Assembly: GCF_018977255.1 (NCBI RefSeq)
Contig: NW_024704748.1
Location: 15,252,001-15,316,000, forward strand
Source of the DNA: Callorhinchus milii
Lineage: Eukaryota
Length of the DNA: 64,000 nucleotides
Direction of reading: 5' to 3'
Position numbers and translations under genes: made by a program. The notes beneath the pieces were generated by a model, which was given only the letters and a program-made list of their open reading frames with translations, had not been told where the DNA came from and searched no databases. Positions 12,707-25,060 of the stretch are shown in pieces. Each line of letters begins with the position of its first letter. Positions within the stretch are counted from its first letter, which is position 1.

Positions 12707-15691
12707 GACTCCTTGAATTCCACGATAAAAAACAACCTGAGGTGCATACATCTGAAACCATTTGAAGGACATTGTAGCAGAAAAGTGTTAAAAGTGGTAC
12801 TGCAGCAGAAACAAAGTCCAAATTACATTTTATCAGGCATGCTAAATTAGCCTAATAATTTGATGTGGCAATTGTAACTAATAACTAATGTCCCCTCTCT
12901 ACACTTCAAGGAGTTCTTTAACAGAATGGGGAACTCTATTATGACTTACCTTTGATAAATGCTGCGTGCTTATGGGCTTTCTGAACATGTTGTGCAATTA
13001 ATGTCTCCTTATCTGCAATTTTGTGCCGTCAGCTTGTGTCCCTTAGGAATTGGAATATAGCAGGTCTAAATTAATTTTGTTAGGTCCTGAACAATTACCA
13101 AAGGGAGGTGAGGTTTTTGCTCCTCGTCCTTGATAAATGTTTCCCGTGCCTCAGGCCTCTGATTGTCACTGTCCAATTCTATTACATTATTTAATCAGAA
13201 GGGGAGAAAGAGAAAAAACTTGCATTAATTGATAGTTTTGAGTTTCCATTTTTCCTCTGCCTTTTGGTTTGGTGGTGGGCAATCAAAATATTGCATCTCT
13301 TTTGGCTGCCAGTGTCCATTAATCTGAGGCCATACAATGGTCTTTGATGAAATTTGCATTTGCTCTTAAAGCTAAACACACATATTACCAACCAGGAGAT
13401 GGTACATAATTTCAGTCAAATCTTGAGACTCGGCTTCACATCCATCACTAGAGAGAAACTGAGGGACAAGTTGGCTAGAAAAAATCCACTGCCATATAGA
13501 TTTACATCTAACTGTTTAAAAGCCTCAGTGAAGTTAATTTCTAATTCCTATGGGCCCCTTGTCTATAGCATATAGCTGCATATAACTGAGGATTAATTGG
13601 ACAGATAATTCTGAGAAGCTATGAACAGGGATAACCATAAAGAAACACTAATTTAATTTCTCTTTATTGAATTGACTCCTTGAATTTGCTGTAGGAATAA
13701 TATGTTATATTTTTCACATTGAAATAGTATTTGGGTTACTTACAATTTCAGATTCCTGCCGGTCAAGAGTTACAAATGTATTTGGTATAATATTGTTATA
13801 ATTGCCTCCCATTTTTCTCTTCGGAATTTCTCTCTCCTCCTCCCTCTCCCTAGATTTGACATTTGAATTATCACTGGAGTCAAAAGACTGATTTTCCCTT
13901 GAGATCTATTCTCTGCCTTCATTCAGCCTTAAATCCTGTTACCTTCAAGTCAAATGAAATTGCAGCAAAAATCTCATCAGCTATTCATAGTTTAATGGGA
14001 TCTCCAATCTTTCCCAGAAAATAATTCTTCCTACAATTTTTATGTAATTCAATGCATTTTTGTCCTTGTAAGATTGTTACCATGCTACTATATTCCAGCC
14101 ATTGTGTGGAGCCCACTTGAGGTTAATTCCAGGACCCTCGTGCCATTCTGACTGAGGTCAGCTAGCTCAACACTGATCTATCTGTGGTTCTTTTTTTGCT
14201 TTGGCAAATCTACTGCAAATATTCACAATACGCGTTTGCTTTGTGTGAATTATACAATGTTGAAGTGCCCATTTACTGCAACATCTTTATTTTGATGGGC
14301 ATCGAACTGTATTACCCAGGATCTGGCATGTACAATGCTGGATCATTCAACTTAATGGGGAAGGAGAGAGGTTATTTAGCGAATATAATGAAGATGCAAT
14401 CTGTTTGGTGAAAAAAAACATGTAAAGTGATGCATTATTTTCAAAGCACAATGAGGCTACTGTAACACAAAATAGCATCCTGCGTTAATAAAGGCGGGAA
14501 CAATTTTTTCAGTAACTTTACAGGCCAATGGCTCTTTAGACCGAGTGTTTCTATGCATTTTATGCTACAGAAGGTGAGAGCTGTTAGTACTTGGATACGT
14601 AGTGTGTCCATCGAGCATTCCCAGGATACATGGCAGGTTATATATGCCGTCAAGGGCAGGTAGGTCCTGTCAGCTTTGCCAAAAAAGGAGAGAAGGAAAA
14701 TTATCCTGGGGAGGAGAAATGTCTCATGTTTAATGTTTCTAGAACCAGGATTGATGGTGTTTCAGGTAACATTTGTAAACCGAGCAGCCCACACAAGGAA
14801 TGTAAGAGTAGGTGGTGGGGGGAGCCAAATATATTCTTTAACATAGTTCAGCAAGTGGAGATTTTTAAGCAGGTGCTTGTTTGTGTATTGTCTGGAAACT
14901 AGTACTTCTATTTTAACAGGATGTTTTTCAGGCCTGCTTTGAAAAGGGCTAACACAGCTTCCCTGACAATATTCACTTGTAGAGAACAGTTTGATGTGTT
15001 ACACAATACGCGTTATATTCTAATACCCAGGGGAGGACACTGGCAGATGGCAGCATTCGGAGATGTGCAGGTAATGACAGGCACTGTCATTAGAGTCACA
15101 GCTCAGTGCGCTCATAGAATTCAACACATTTGAGTTTGCAATTTAAATGTGCTGAGCTCCAACAATCAGAATTATATATCTGTTTAGCATCTATCTACCT
15201 ATCAAAATCAGCACAATTACCAGAATGCCAGCGCGTAGGAGCTGTGTATTGCTTGGCAGCCAAACTGAGCTAGAAGCTGAGACTAATACCAGCCACATTT
15301 CTTCAAACTGTAGCCAATAATGAACGGACTGATAACCTTCAGTTATCGTCCTGCCTTTCAGATTGCGTGAAAGAAAGCGGTAGAGATTAATGGGAAATGA
15401 TCAAATTGGTTTATGATGTTCAGCCTTAGAATTTGCTTCCATATAAATGTAAGAGAGCAGATAGTGTGGTTATTTGGAGATTGGTTCATTTGGTAACCTG
15501 GGACTTGTACTGCAGATGAATGGAAATGTGGACTCTGTGTTGCCTAATAGGACATTTTGGAGAAGTGGTAATACTGGATTGCCAACGCTACTGTCGGTTC
15601 AAAAGCAATTTTCAGCCATGTCGTTAACCAAAATGCTGAGCAGAGACCAGATGCATTGTTTTTTTCAAAGTGCTAATTTGACAGCATATTA

Positions 15692-15940
15692 TTAATAATA
15701 ATAATAATCCTTGCATTTGATATATCGCTTTTCACGTCTTCTAGATGTCCCAAAGCACTTCACAGAATATACTGTAAAGTGAATTGACTGTATATTTGTG
15801 GGCAAACGCGGCAGCCAATTGCGCACAGCAATGTCCCACAAACAGTCGTAGATTGAAAATGACCAATTCATTATTGTTTTGTTTTTTTGGAGGGATTATT
15901 ATTAGGCGTGTGGAGTAAGGAAACTAGCCCAAGGTTTCGC
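15692..15940 (-). mobile_element. 5'-truncated DeuSINE (short form)
   Basis: Near-identical to 62800-63045; lacks the tRNA head. Confidence 0.88.
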
Positions 15941-17420
15941 ATGCAAGATCAGACCAGACTTGCTTCTATACAATTACACTAGATTAACGAAGGCTTTGAG
16001 AAATGGATTCCCTGCATGCACTTTCAACCATGGAGTCGTGTGTTATACAGAAAGACTTTCAAAGGGGAGAGAAAATTAATTTGAAAGATGAAGGGAGCAA
16101 AAACAATAGCTTTTTATCTGCAGTACATTGAAGAGTCTTGACTGATGGGCCATGATTCTGTGCTGCTTTGGTCGAGAATTCAAAGTGAAATTCTAAGAGG
16201 CGTTTAATTGATGAATTTAATTTAAAATTACAGGGCACGCCTGTATACATGTCTGAATTTTGTGTTAATCTTCACTTAGCTTTCTGTTCTCCTCCCTTGC
16301 CCCTCCTCAGTGTATTATATGGCTTTGAATTAGTCAAGGGGCAGTTTAAGTCCCTCTTTAGTACAAGAATGCAAAGACTGCAGTAAATAAACTAAAAATA
16401 TCAGAGCAGCTGGGTCCTGTCTGTAAACACTGTTTGTTCATTTTGTCATTTTGATGCATAAAGAAGGATTTTGTTTTTGTGGCTACAGCTTTGCTGAGTT
16501 TCCATGTGGATATTCCACAGTTGAAAGGAAGAGCGAGTTTTCTGCTCCATGGCACCGTTTGGCAGTCTGAAAACATACTGCGAACATTTTTTTTTGCCTT
16601 TCTTAAGACGCCAGTGAGGGCACAGGGTACCCAAGCGATAAGATGCTGAACTTGGGGTGATGTTTCTATCAATGAGGTCCTTCTCTTTGGCAAGTTATCA
16701 ATGAGGTGGCTCTGCGCAAAGCTCACGCGATTACAGCTGAGCCACTCAACCATTCACACAACCCACCGTTCCCTTCCTGACAGAGGCCCAGGAGCAGTTT
16801 TAAAGGAAAAGCACAAAGTACATTTAAAAATGTGGGAGAAAAGTACCAACAGTAAAAATCTCTTTATAACACAATGTGCCTAATGTGTTGTTTTCATTGC
16901 TATTGGAATATGTTCCAATAACATCTCTTTTAATTTGTACAAAACTTTTAAAAATGTATGTAGGAAATGGTGTGGTGTACATTGCCAATCTGTGGTTGGC
17001 ATCTGCACAAAGTACTAAAATAAACTCCTGTGTCTTTCCATGAAGTAGTCTGTGATTGCTGAAGGTCTTTGTCCAAGTATTTGCTCATTTCAGTTGCTAA
17101 CTGTAGCACACAACCATGAGCATTAGAGTCAGAAACATTCCAGTCAGTGTGTGGGAGAGGGTTAAAAGTTGGAATTATAAAAAAAAATCTTTTTTTGCCA
17201 TTTGATCTTCCAGCCTTGGGCCACACCTTTGTGTTCGCTACACAAACCTATTGCGTTGCGGTAGTGAGTCATTCCAGGTATTCACGTGGGTTGTTCCTGC
17301 AGTTGACTTGAGTGAGTTGTGTTTGTCTGTGATTTAAAGGTGGGTGTGGTGAAGATTATGGCATTGTGCAGTGCGTTCTGTAGTTCTACTCACATTAAAA
17401 CACTCTTCTTTGCTTTTCAG

Positions 17421-17493
17421 GTATGCCCGAGGTTATCTGCGTGGCATAGCCACCGGGTGATGTACTGCTCCAGTACGGTTGTGCCCTCTAATG
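17421..17493 (+). CDS. MCU: Mitochondrial calcium uniporter, coding exon 2 (VCPRLSAWHSHRVMYCSSTVVPSN/D)
   Basis: Acceptor ttttcag, donor G|gtgagt; 73 nt, phase 0 to 1; resembles vertebrate MCU YCSTVVPSD and joins the next exon in frame. Confidence 0.88.
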
Positions 17494-18049
17494 GTGAGTA
17501 CTGACAGTAGTTGTGGGATTGATTTCTTATAATGTACGTATCGATTGCACAGTGCAGTACAAAGCACTGTGCCTTGAGACGCTACCCTGCATGGAGGACG
17601 CTAGATAAGTGCAAGGTGTTGTTGCAATACAAGGCACCACACAGCAGTGCCACCTCATGTTTGCACAGGAGAGTAACACAGCAATAACTAGCGTGTTCAG
17701 AGAACCTTGCTCCTGGCGCTTCAATATTTCAATCCTTCATTGGAATAATAATTCTTGATGCTCACTTAATACACTTGTTCTTACGGAATATTTCTTTTGT
17801 TGTATATTATGAATGATTCATATCCCCTAACTTTGCTCAAAGCTTTTTGTTCTAAATCGTATTGTTTTAGAATCCTGGAACAACTGAAATGGGAAAGATT
17901 GACCAGAATTAGAATTCCACACTGGACTCTTCACAAGTTATGGTGGCAAAGGAGTCTGTAGTGGTCAATGTGCTAATTTTTTGTCACTATAAACTACCTT
18001 GAGCAATGAGTTCCCATTTAACATCATCTTAAATCTTATTGATATTCCT

Positions 18050-18420
18050 AACAGTGCTTGCATTTGGTATAGCGCCTTTAAACATCAGGAGGATATCTCA
18101 AAGTACTTCACAAGATTCACTGTAGAGTGACTTTTTTTGCGTGGGCGAATGCGGCAGCCAATTCTGCACACAGCTTCATCCCATAAAGTAAATTGAGTAA
18201 CCAGTTTTATCTGGGGGATTGGAACAAAAACAGAAGTCGCTGGGAACACTCAGTAGGTCAGGCAATATCTATGGAGAAAGGAAAGTGAGTCAACGTTTCG
18301 GGTCAACGACCCTTCATCAGTCGTTATTTGAGGGATTCTTGGCCGAGACACTGGGAGAAACTTCTTTCACTTTTCAACTAGTGATGCTAGGCATCTTTAA
18401 CATCCAACTAAACAGTGTTT
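18050..18420 (-). mobile_element. Older DeuSINE interrupted by a ~100 bp insertion
   Basis: Tail and Deu core on both sides of an unrelated segment at about 18220-18320. Confidence 0.6.
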
Positions 18421-20374
18421 GTATCTAGCATTCCCAATTGATGTACAGCATGAATTGAATAAAAAGACTGAATTTCTTTCCACACTTTCCCAATAGTATG
18501 TAAATCTAACATCAGAAGCAAATCTTTTCCCACTGCTGTGGTAGTTCCATTTCCCACATCAGCCATATTTATATTTTCGGGTGTTCTTTTTATAGCAAGT
18601 CAAATCCTACCCATGGTTGGGTGTTAAATATACTCTTATTTCCCAATCTGTTTCACCAGGAATCTCCTGTGTGGGCAGCTCTCCTGCAGTCCTGGGAAAG
18701 GGTGCTCTGCTGTTGTCTCTTCCTCTGCTCCCCCACCCACCCTTAAAGAATGTTAGGGATGACTGTTGTAATCTACCTGGTAGGAGATGTTTGTTTAGAT
18801 TGATGCATATTAAAACCAACAGAGGGATTCTCGCTAGGTTGGGGACAGAGCTACTCCACGTGTGTATTTTTAATCCATGAGGTCATTCTCCACTGGCTGC
18901 CATTCATCTCAATGGAAGTTAATATCCTTCATGCTGATCTCATCATTCAGATCTAACAAACAGCTGGGAAAGGGAACAAAAGGGTACTAAAGAAGCCTGG
19001 TTACTTCCTTTATAATGGGAACATGTGAGTCTTGTTCAGAAACTTCCACGCAAGTTTTCTTCTTCACCTTGGTCCACTTGTCCCTTTTTTATTTAAAAAT
19101 AAAATTATAGGCACAACAGAACAGCGTGAGTCCTGGTGATGTAAGAATAGAGACAAACGATGGGGTATGAGTTCCACAGCAATTGTTTTTGCGCTTTGCA
19201 CTAGCCTCTTGCTAATTACTTGATAAAAATTGTGATTATATACAAGTTTGTTCATTATTTCCAGGTTACAGATCTGTCTTGGTAACCCATTAACAGACAG
19301 CGAAAATCCCAAATATTCCGTTTTTCTGAGTTGAACTGGAATTTGTTAAGTGCATTCTGCCAGTCATATTTTTCTTTTTCAATTTCAAATATGTTCCATG
19401 GCACAGCCAAGGGATATCAAACCCTCCAGGAGTCTTTCTAAAGGCCGTTCCTGAGCAGCGTTGGTAGGGATTCTATCCTTTAATCCATTGGTGCGTGAAG
19501 CCAAGAGGCTCCAAAAATTTCAGGAAGAAAAGTGAGGAGGTGTGTTTTCGGTGAAAAGTACCAGCTCAGTATAAGAGGCTGTGATGCTGAGAATAGGGAA
19601 TTGAAAAGAGAGAAAAGCACAGGTAAACAAACCAAGCTAAAAGAGCTCAGTGTAACATCCAAGTAGCATTTGCAAATTTTTTTGTTGAATGTTTTTTGAG
19701 AGGTGATGGAGGTACCAGGTGAAAGCCCGGTTGCGTTAAAGAGTGTTCCCTCAGATGGCCTCAGATCATTTCACAGTAACTTTAGTCCTGTTACTGCCTA
19801 CAATTAGTATCCATCTCCGGGGGAGACCTAAACTGCTGGTTTGTTGGAAAAGCATAGAGAAAGAGGTCAGGCATGCTGAATTCCATTAGTTGAGTGCATT
19901 CATGCTTTTTTCGTTTTTATAGACCTTGAAATTACCAGATTTAAGAGATTCAGCCTCTGGTAATATTATAAAAGGAAAGATTGATCGTTCCCAGGTCCTA
20001 TCTTCCATTTTTACCCTACTGTCTTTACAGAATATTTCAAAAGGTTTGGGGTTAAAACCATTGCTTAATTTTATTTATTTGGCTTAGATTTAAATAAATT
20101 ATTCAATTTCTTGCTTTCACTTTTGCAATTCTCAACCTCTCACATACACGTGTTATTCACTGTTTTAGAAGCGTAGGTTCATTGTGTTTGAATAGTTTTC
20201 ATTGCCCTTCACTTCAATAATTACCCTGTGGATGAAGACCATAATAGATTCCCTCCATGTTTTAGATCCTTGCAGTAAGGTGGTTATCAAACTGATAATA
20301 TAACAGCTCTGGGGCAGGATCAATAGAATTTCATACAGTGTGGTTTGGCACATTAGATTTGATGAGCTCTTTTG

Positions 20375-20640
20375 GAACCCATCCTTTGGGTGAGACATTA
20401 AAGGTCCTGTCTGCCTGTTCAGGTGAACCTTAAAGATCCAATAGCACTGTTTGAACAGGGAAGAGAGTTTCTCCCAGTGTCGTGGCCAACAACTCCCCAG
20501 CTAAAATTAGTTATTCACTTCATGGCCATTTGTGGGACATTGCTGTACACGAATTGGCTTACAAAATACACAGTGACTACATTTTATAGTAAATCCTGTG
20601 AAGCGTTTTGAGCTGCTATATCAGATGCAAGGGTTATTGT
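20375..20640 (+). mobile_element. Ancient DeuSINE with a complete Deu core (SacSINE1/AmnSINE1-like)
   Basis: ggtcctgtctgcctgttcaggtg..aaagatcc..gcact..ttgaa..gagtttctccc.gtgtc.tggccaaca..tgtgggacattgctgt resembles the Deu-domain consensus as I recall it. Confidence 0.7.
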
Positions 20641-20799
20641 TTTTCTATTTTTAAATTGATTTCATAAAGGCAGACCGTACATTCTGATCACATGGCAGCA
20701 TTAAGTGAGAAATCTCACCATTTCTTTATCTACGCTCCTGAAACAATTACAATATTATGCAGGGAATATGGAGAAAACACTCTAAAGAATCACAGTTGG

Positions 20800-21492
20800 A
20801 GTGACCGACCACCTGCTCCCTCGCCCCCATCCCTACCCCTCTCCTTACCTCCCAGCTCCACCTCCTTGCCCCTCTACTCACAGACATCATAAACTTTCGA
20901 GACCCTTATACACACATTCGTAACATCCAGGCTTGATTATACAAACTCCCTGCTTGTCGGCCTCCCCAACTCCTCCCTCTATAGGCCACAGATCATCCAG
21001 AACTCTGCAGCTCGTGTCCTCTCAAGCACCAGGCTCCATGCCTTATCGCCCCCATCCTTGCCTGACTCCACTGGCTTCCCATCACACAGAGGATGCAGTT
21101 CAAGATCCGGGTCCTCACCTTCAAAGCCCTCCATATCCTTGCTCCCCACTACCTCCTAGCCCCCTACCAACCAGCCCTCTTCCTCCGCTCAGCGGGCTCC
21201 AGCCTGCTTCACGTCTCCTGTCTCGCCCATTCAACCATTGGCGGGCGGGCTTTTAGTCACTCTACGTCCACCCTCTGGAACTCCATCCCACAGTCCCTCT
21301 GCTTCCCTGCTCCCTTGCCTCCTTCAAGACCTGTATCAAGACCCTCCTCTTTGACCATGCCTTCGATCATCCCTTGTCCTCCAGCCTCCCCGATCCTGAC
21401 CCCTAGCTCGCATCCGAAAGACTGATTATCCAGCACCTTGGGACGTCCTTCCGAAGTGAAAGGTTCTATACAAATGTAATTTTGTTGTTGTT
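20800..21492 (+). mobile_element. L2 LINE 3' fragment
   Basis: HTFVTSRLDYTNSLLVGLP...IIQNSAARVL...QFKIRVLTFKALH...LWNSIP; L2 tail with (TTG)n. Confidence 0.88.
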
Positions 21493-21969
21493 GGAGTGAG
21501 AACACAGCAATATGCATCGTGTCAGGAACGTAAGATACTGGAAGAAGATGTGATATGAATTTGTGAGTCGGCATTAGACTTCTGCAATGAGAGCTTTGGC
21601 CTTTGAGGCTCTCATGAGCACAATAATAACTTGGTCAAAGGTCCAAGGAAAAAACTGCCACCCACCCATCTAACAGTAGTAGCAGTACACCAGACTAACT
21701 TCTTTCATGTACAAACTAATGTCACAATTTCTAACCTATATAAAGCTGCAATTACAAACATCAGCTTTATTTTCCCTCAAAGGAATCTTTTGGAATTTAG
21801 ATAGGTAGGCTGGAATGGTCTGCTCCTTAAATTTAAAAGATGTTTCATCTGAGTTCGTTGTAAACTAAAAATGAAATTGTTTTTTCCTGGAAAGATGATC
21901 TTTCATAATATCTTGCCTTAAAGCAAATCTGACTGCCTTTTGTGTTTCTCTCTCTCTCGTTCTGTATAG

Positions 21970-22140
21970 ATGTGAATGTTATTTACCAGAATGGGTTACC
22001 CGTGGTTTCTGTCAGCCTTCCATCGCGACAGGAGCGTTGCCAGTTCACCCTCAAGCCAATGTCCGACTCTGTGGGAGTTTTCCTTAAGCAACTGCAGGCA
22101 GAGGATAAAGGGATCGACAGGGTCGCCATCTACTCCCCAG
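21970..22140 (+). CDS. MCU: MCU exon 3 (N-terminal domain; DVNVIYQNGLPVVSVSLPSRQERCQFTLKP...DRVAIYSP)
   Basis: AG/GT boundaries, 171 nt; recognisable MCU N-terminal domain sequence LPSRxERCQFTLKP. Confidence 0.97.
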
Positions 22141-22812
22141 GTACAGGACACAGGAAATAGCAGGGCTCTGGTAGATTGAAAGAGCGTAAGGTTTTAGAAC
22201 ACAGTTTGCAGCACTGCGCAAGTGTTCCTTGAGCAGATTCTGACCTCAGGGTAAAATCTTCCCCAAGAATTCCCATGATGACCTAAAGGCACTGCCCAGT
22301 TCATCCAGCACTAGTGCTTTCACTGGAAGAGTGTAAGTTCTCTGTGTGCTGATTTTGAGTGCTTCTGGAAAATGTTTGCTTCTCCCTGTAAAAAGTGCCC
22401 GTCTTCTTTTCCTCTCAATTGATATTAATTTGATTAGGCACATGATGTATGGGAATCCCAGTGTTAAGTATCCTAGCACCATGAATTGGACTGTCTACTT
22501 GCTGCACAAAGTGCTGCCCACAGCTAGAATTTCCCAGGAGCATAGGCAGAGAGCAGACTTTGATAAATGCTCAGTCTATATTCACTCAGTATCTCTGTCA
22601 AGAACACGGTACATGCTTTGAGCTTGTATCTGAGCGAGAATCCCTTTGCTTAATATGGCATGCTGATGATGGAATTTCTGGAGTTTTGCATGTTTTTGCA
22701 GATCATTTGGGCTGCCTCTGGTGGGTACAGTATTTGGTTGGCAGATGCTGCTTGTTATGATGAGCAGCCTGTCCCTTTTTACTTATCCTACAATTCTCTT
22801 ATTTTTTTGCAG

Positions 22813-22917
22813 ATGGAAATCGAATAGCTGCATCAACAGCAATTGATATTCTACTTCTAGATGATTTCAAATTATTGATCAACGATACAACGTACTATGT
22901 CCAGCCACCAAAGAGAG
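22813..22917 (+). CDS. MCU: MCU exon 4 (DGNRIAASTAIDILLLDDFKLLINDTTYYVQPPKR)
   Basis: Acceptor ttttgcag, donor G|gtacgg, 105 nt, in frame. Confidence 0.96.
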
Positions 22918-24554
22918 GTACGGTAGCTACTGTGAGTCTGAAAATGATTGAATCTAATCAGCCCAACTCCAGGGAAAAAATAGTTGTTCAGTTGAAACAA
23001 AGCAGTCAGCTTTGTCTAATACAGTGGGGGTTAATAGGATTATTGCAAAGAAATGTAAGGATTATTACTATTACTGTAATCTTCATCCTATGCTTAAACA
23101 AAATCAGCCAGGATTCACACTCCTGTTCAGGATCCAGAGACCTGTGCTGAAAATGTGCGCATGTGTTTCAGCGTCTTGGTACATCCTCCAGACGTGGAAG
23201 GCGCTGTATAAATGCAATTTTTTGTTGTTGTGTTAGATGGGGACAATTTTGAGCTCATCACAGTCAAGGATGATGCATGAATAATAACCATTTGGACAGC
23301 ATACCAAGGCACTGTACGGTACCCCAGAGAATGCAACAGTTCAAGAATGCACACAACGCAACCACACTTAGTCAGCTAGAACGCTGCCTTCAGCTACAGA
23401 ATGATGCTCTTATGAACTCATTGCTGTTTTTAATCACTCAATAATTTAATGTTTATTTTTCTAGTTAAATCATTTTAAGGCATCTAGTGTTAAGCACCAT
23501 CCACAGCCTGAAAGTTGGCTGAGTTATTCTTCTCCTGCCACTGAAAGGAATCTTTCTTTCCTTGACAGCCAGTCAGATCAGGCTTTGTGAGCGCTCAGCC
23601 TGCTGCTATTAACATATATTTAATGAGCTGGATTCCACTTGATATCTCGTCAGTTAGTTCACAATTAGGACAATTTTAGCCTTACCCATGCAAACAGAAT
23701 TTCATTCTAATTAGAAATGACAATGAATGTTATTTGCAATGTCTTTTCATTTGTAACGAACATTTTTGAGTCACATAGTCTGCGTGCATCCATTTACTGG
23801 GATTCATTCCCACTCAGTTCCTGTTGTATTTCAATCGCTCTTACTCTTTTTAAAAGGTAGTTTTGAGAGAAAGAGGTTCAGTAAGAGTTTGTATTGCTGC
23901 AAGAAAAGCTCGCATTTAAAAGTAGACTAATTGACTTAGGGACCAAACCTTTTAAAAGTTGCTCGGCTGACACCTGCTGGTTATAGCTCACATTACATTG
24001 ACCTTGTTGCTGCTTGTTGTGACATGGCAAAATCTAAGTAACTTGCAATCCTCTCAGGTTTGGTTCCTTATCAATCAGATTTTATTACACTAATTGTACA
24101 TGGAAGTAATGAGCCCAAGTTGAGATGATCTTGTATTTGATTCGAGTGCTAATGTATGTCACATGATGTGGTGGGACATGTTTAACAACGACCACTAAGC
24201 TCTGAGTTGGTCAGTTCAGCTGTAGAAACATTAGCCGGTAGAGAATGAGTCTATCCCAACTGAGTGGAGAGATACGCTTCTCATCAGCTATTAGGAGCAG
24301 CAGCAGGAGACTCCTGGGAAAAGGTAATTTGCCAAAGGAAGACAAAGGAACATAAAAGAAAATATTTTGGGCCACCAGTGAAGAAGCATTACCCCCGGAA
24401 AAGACTTGAACCATGAACTCAATGTCAATTTTACATTTTATATTTTACAATGAAAGAATGTCTCAAGGTGTTTTACAGGGAGCCCAAGCTGGGATCAGTG
24501 GCAGATGGTGAGATGATGTTGTCTAGGGTTGAAGCAACAATGCTGGAAGAAATA

Positions 24555-24792
24555 CAATAATAATAATCCTTGCATTTGATAGAGCATCTTCAAGATATCT
24601 CAAAGCACTGCACAGAATATACTGTAAAGTAGATTGATTGTAGATTTTGTGGGTAAAACTCAGCAAACAATTGCACACAACAGTCGTGGATTGAGAGACC
24701 AATTTTTTTTAAAACTTTTTTTTAAAAAAAGGGATTATTACCCCCGGAAAAGCGATCCGCCAATCGACTAACAACCGGGTTCCTATTTACAG
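24555..24792 (-). mobile_element. Truncated DeuSINE (long form)
   Basis: Tail, core and the extra ccccggaaaagcgatccgccaatcgactaacaaccggg segment. Confidence 0.75.
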
Positions 24793-24899
24793 GTACTACA
24801 ATTGCTGGGTTCAGCCTTTTTTTAAATAACCTCCTCTGGTGAGAATGCCACAAAAATGTTGGCTAATAATATTTGTTTTCTTATTTTTGAATTTTGCAG

Positions 24900-25060
24900 A
24901 AAATCTGAGTCATGAAGATGCACAAACTATGAATGACATTAAAGTCCTTGTACAGCAACTGTTTACCACCTTACGAATTGAGGAGCACCAGCTGCTGAAA
25001 GAGAAGGAGCTGAACGGTCGGTTGGAAGAGCTCAAAGCTCAGATTGAGCCATTTGAAAAA
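24900..25060 (+). CDS. MCU: MCU exon 5 (coiled coil; ENLSHEDAQTMNDIKVLVQQLFTTLRIEEHQL...IEPFEK)
   Basis: Acceptor ttttgcag, donor gtgagt, 161 nt, in frame. Confidence 0.96.
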
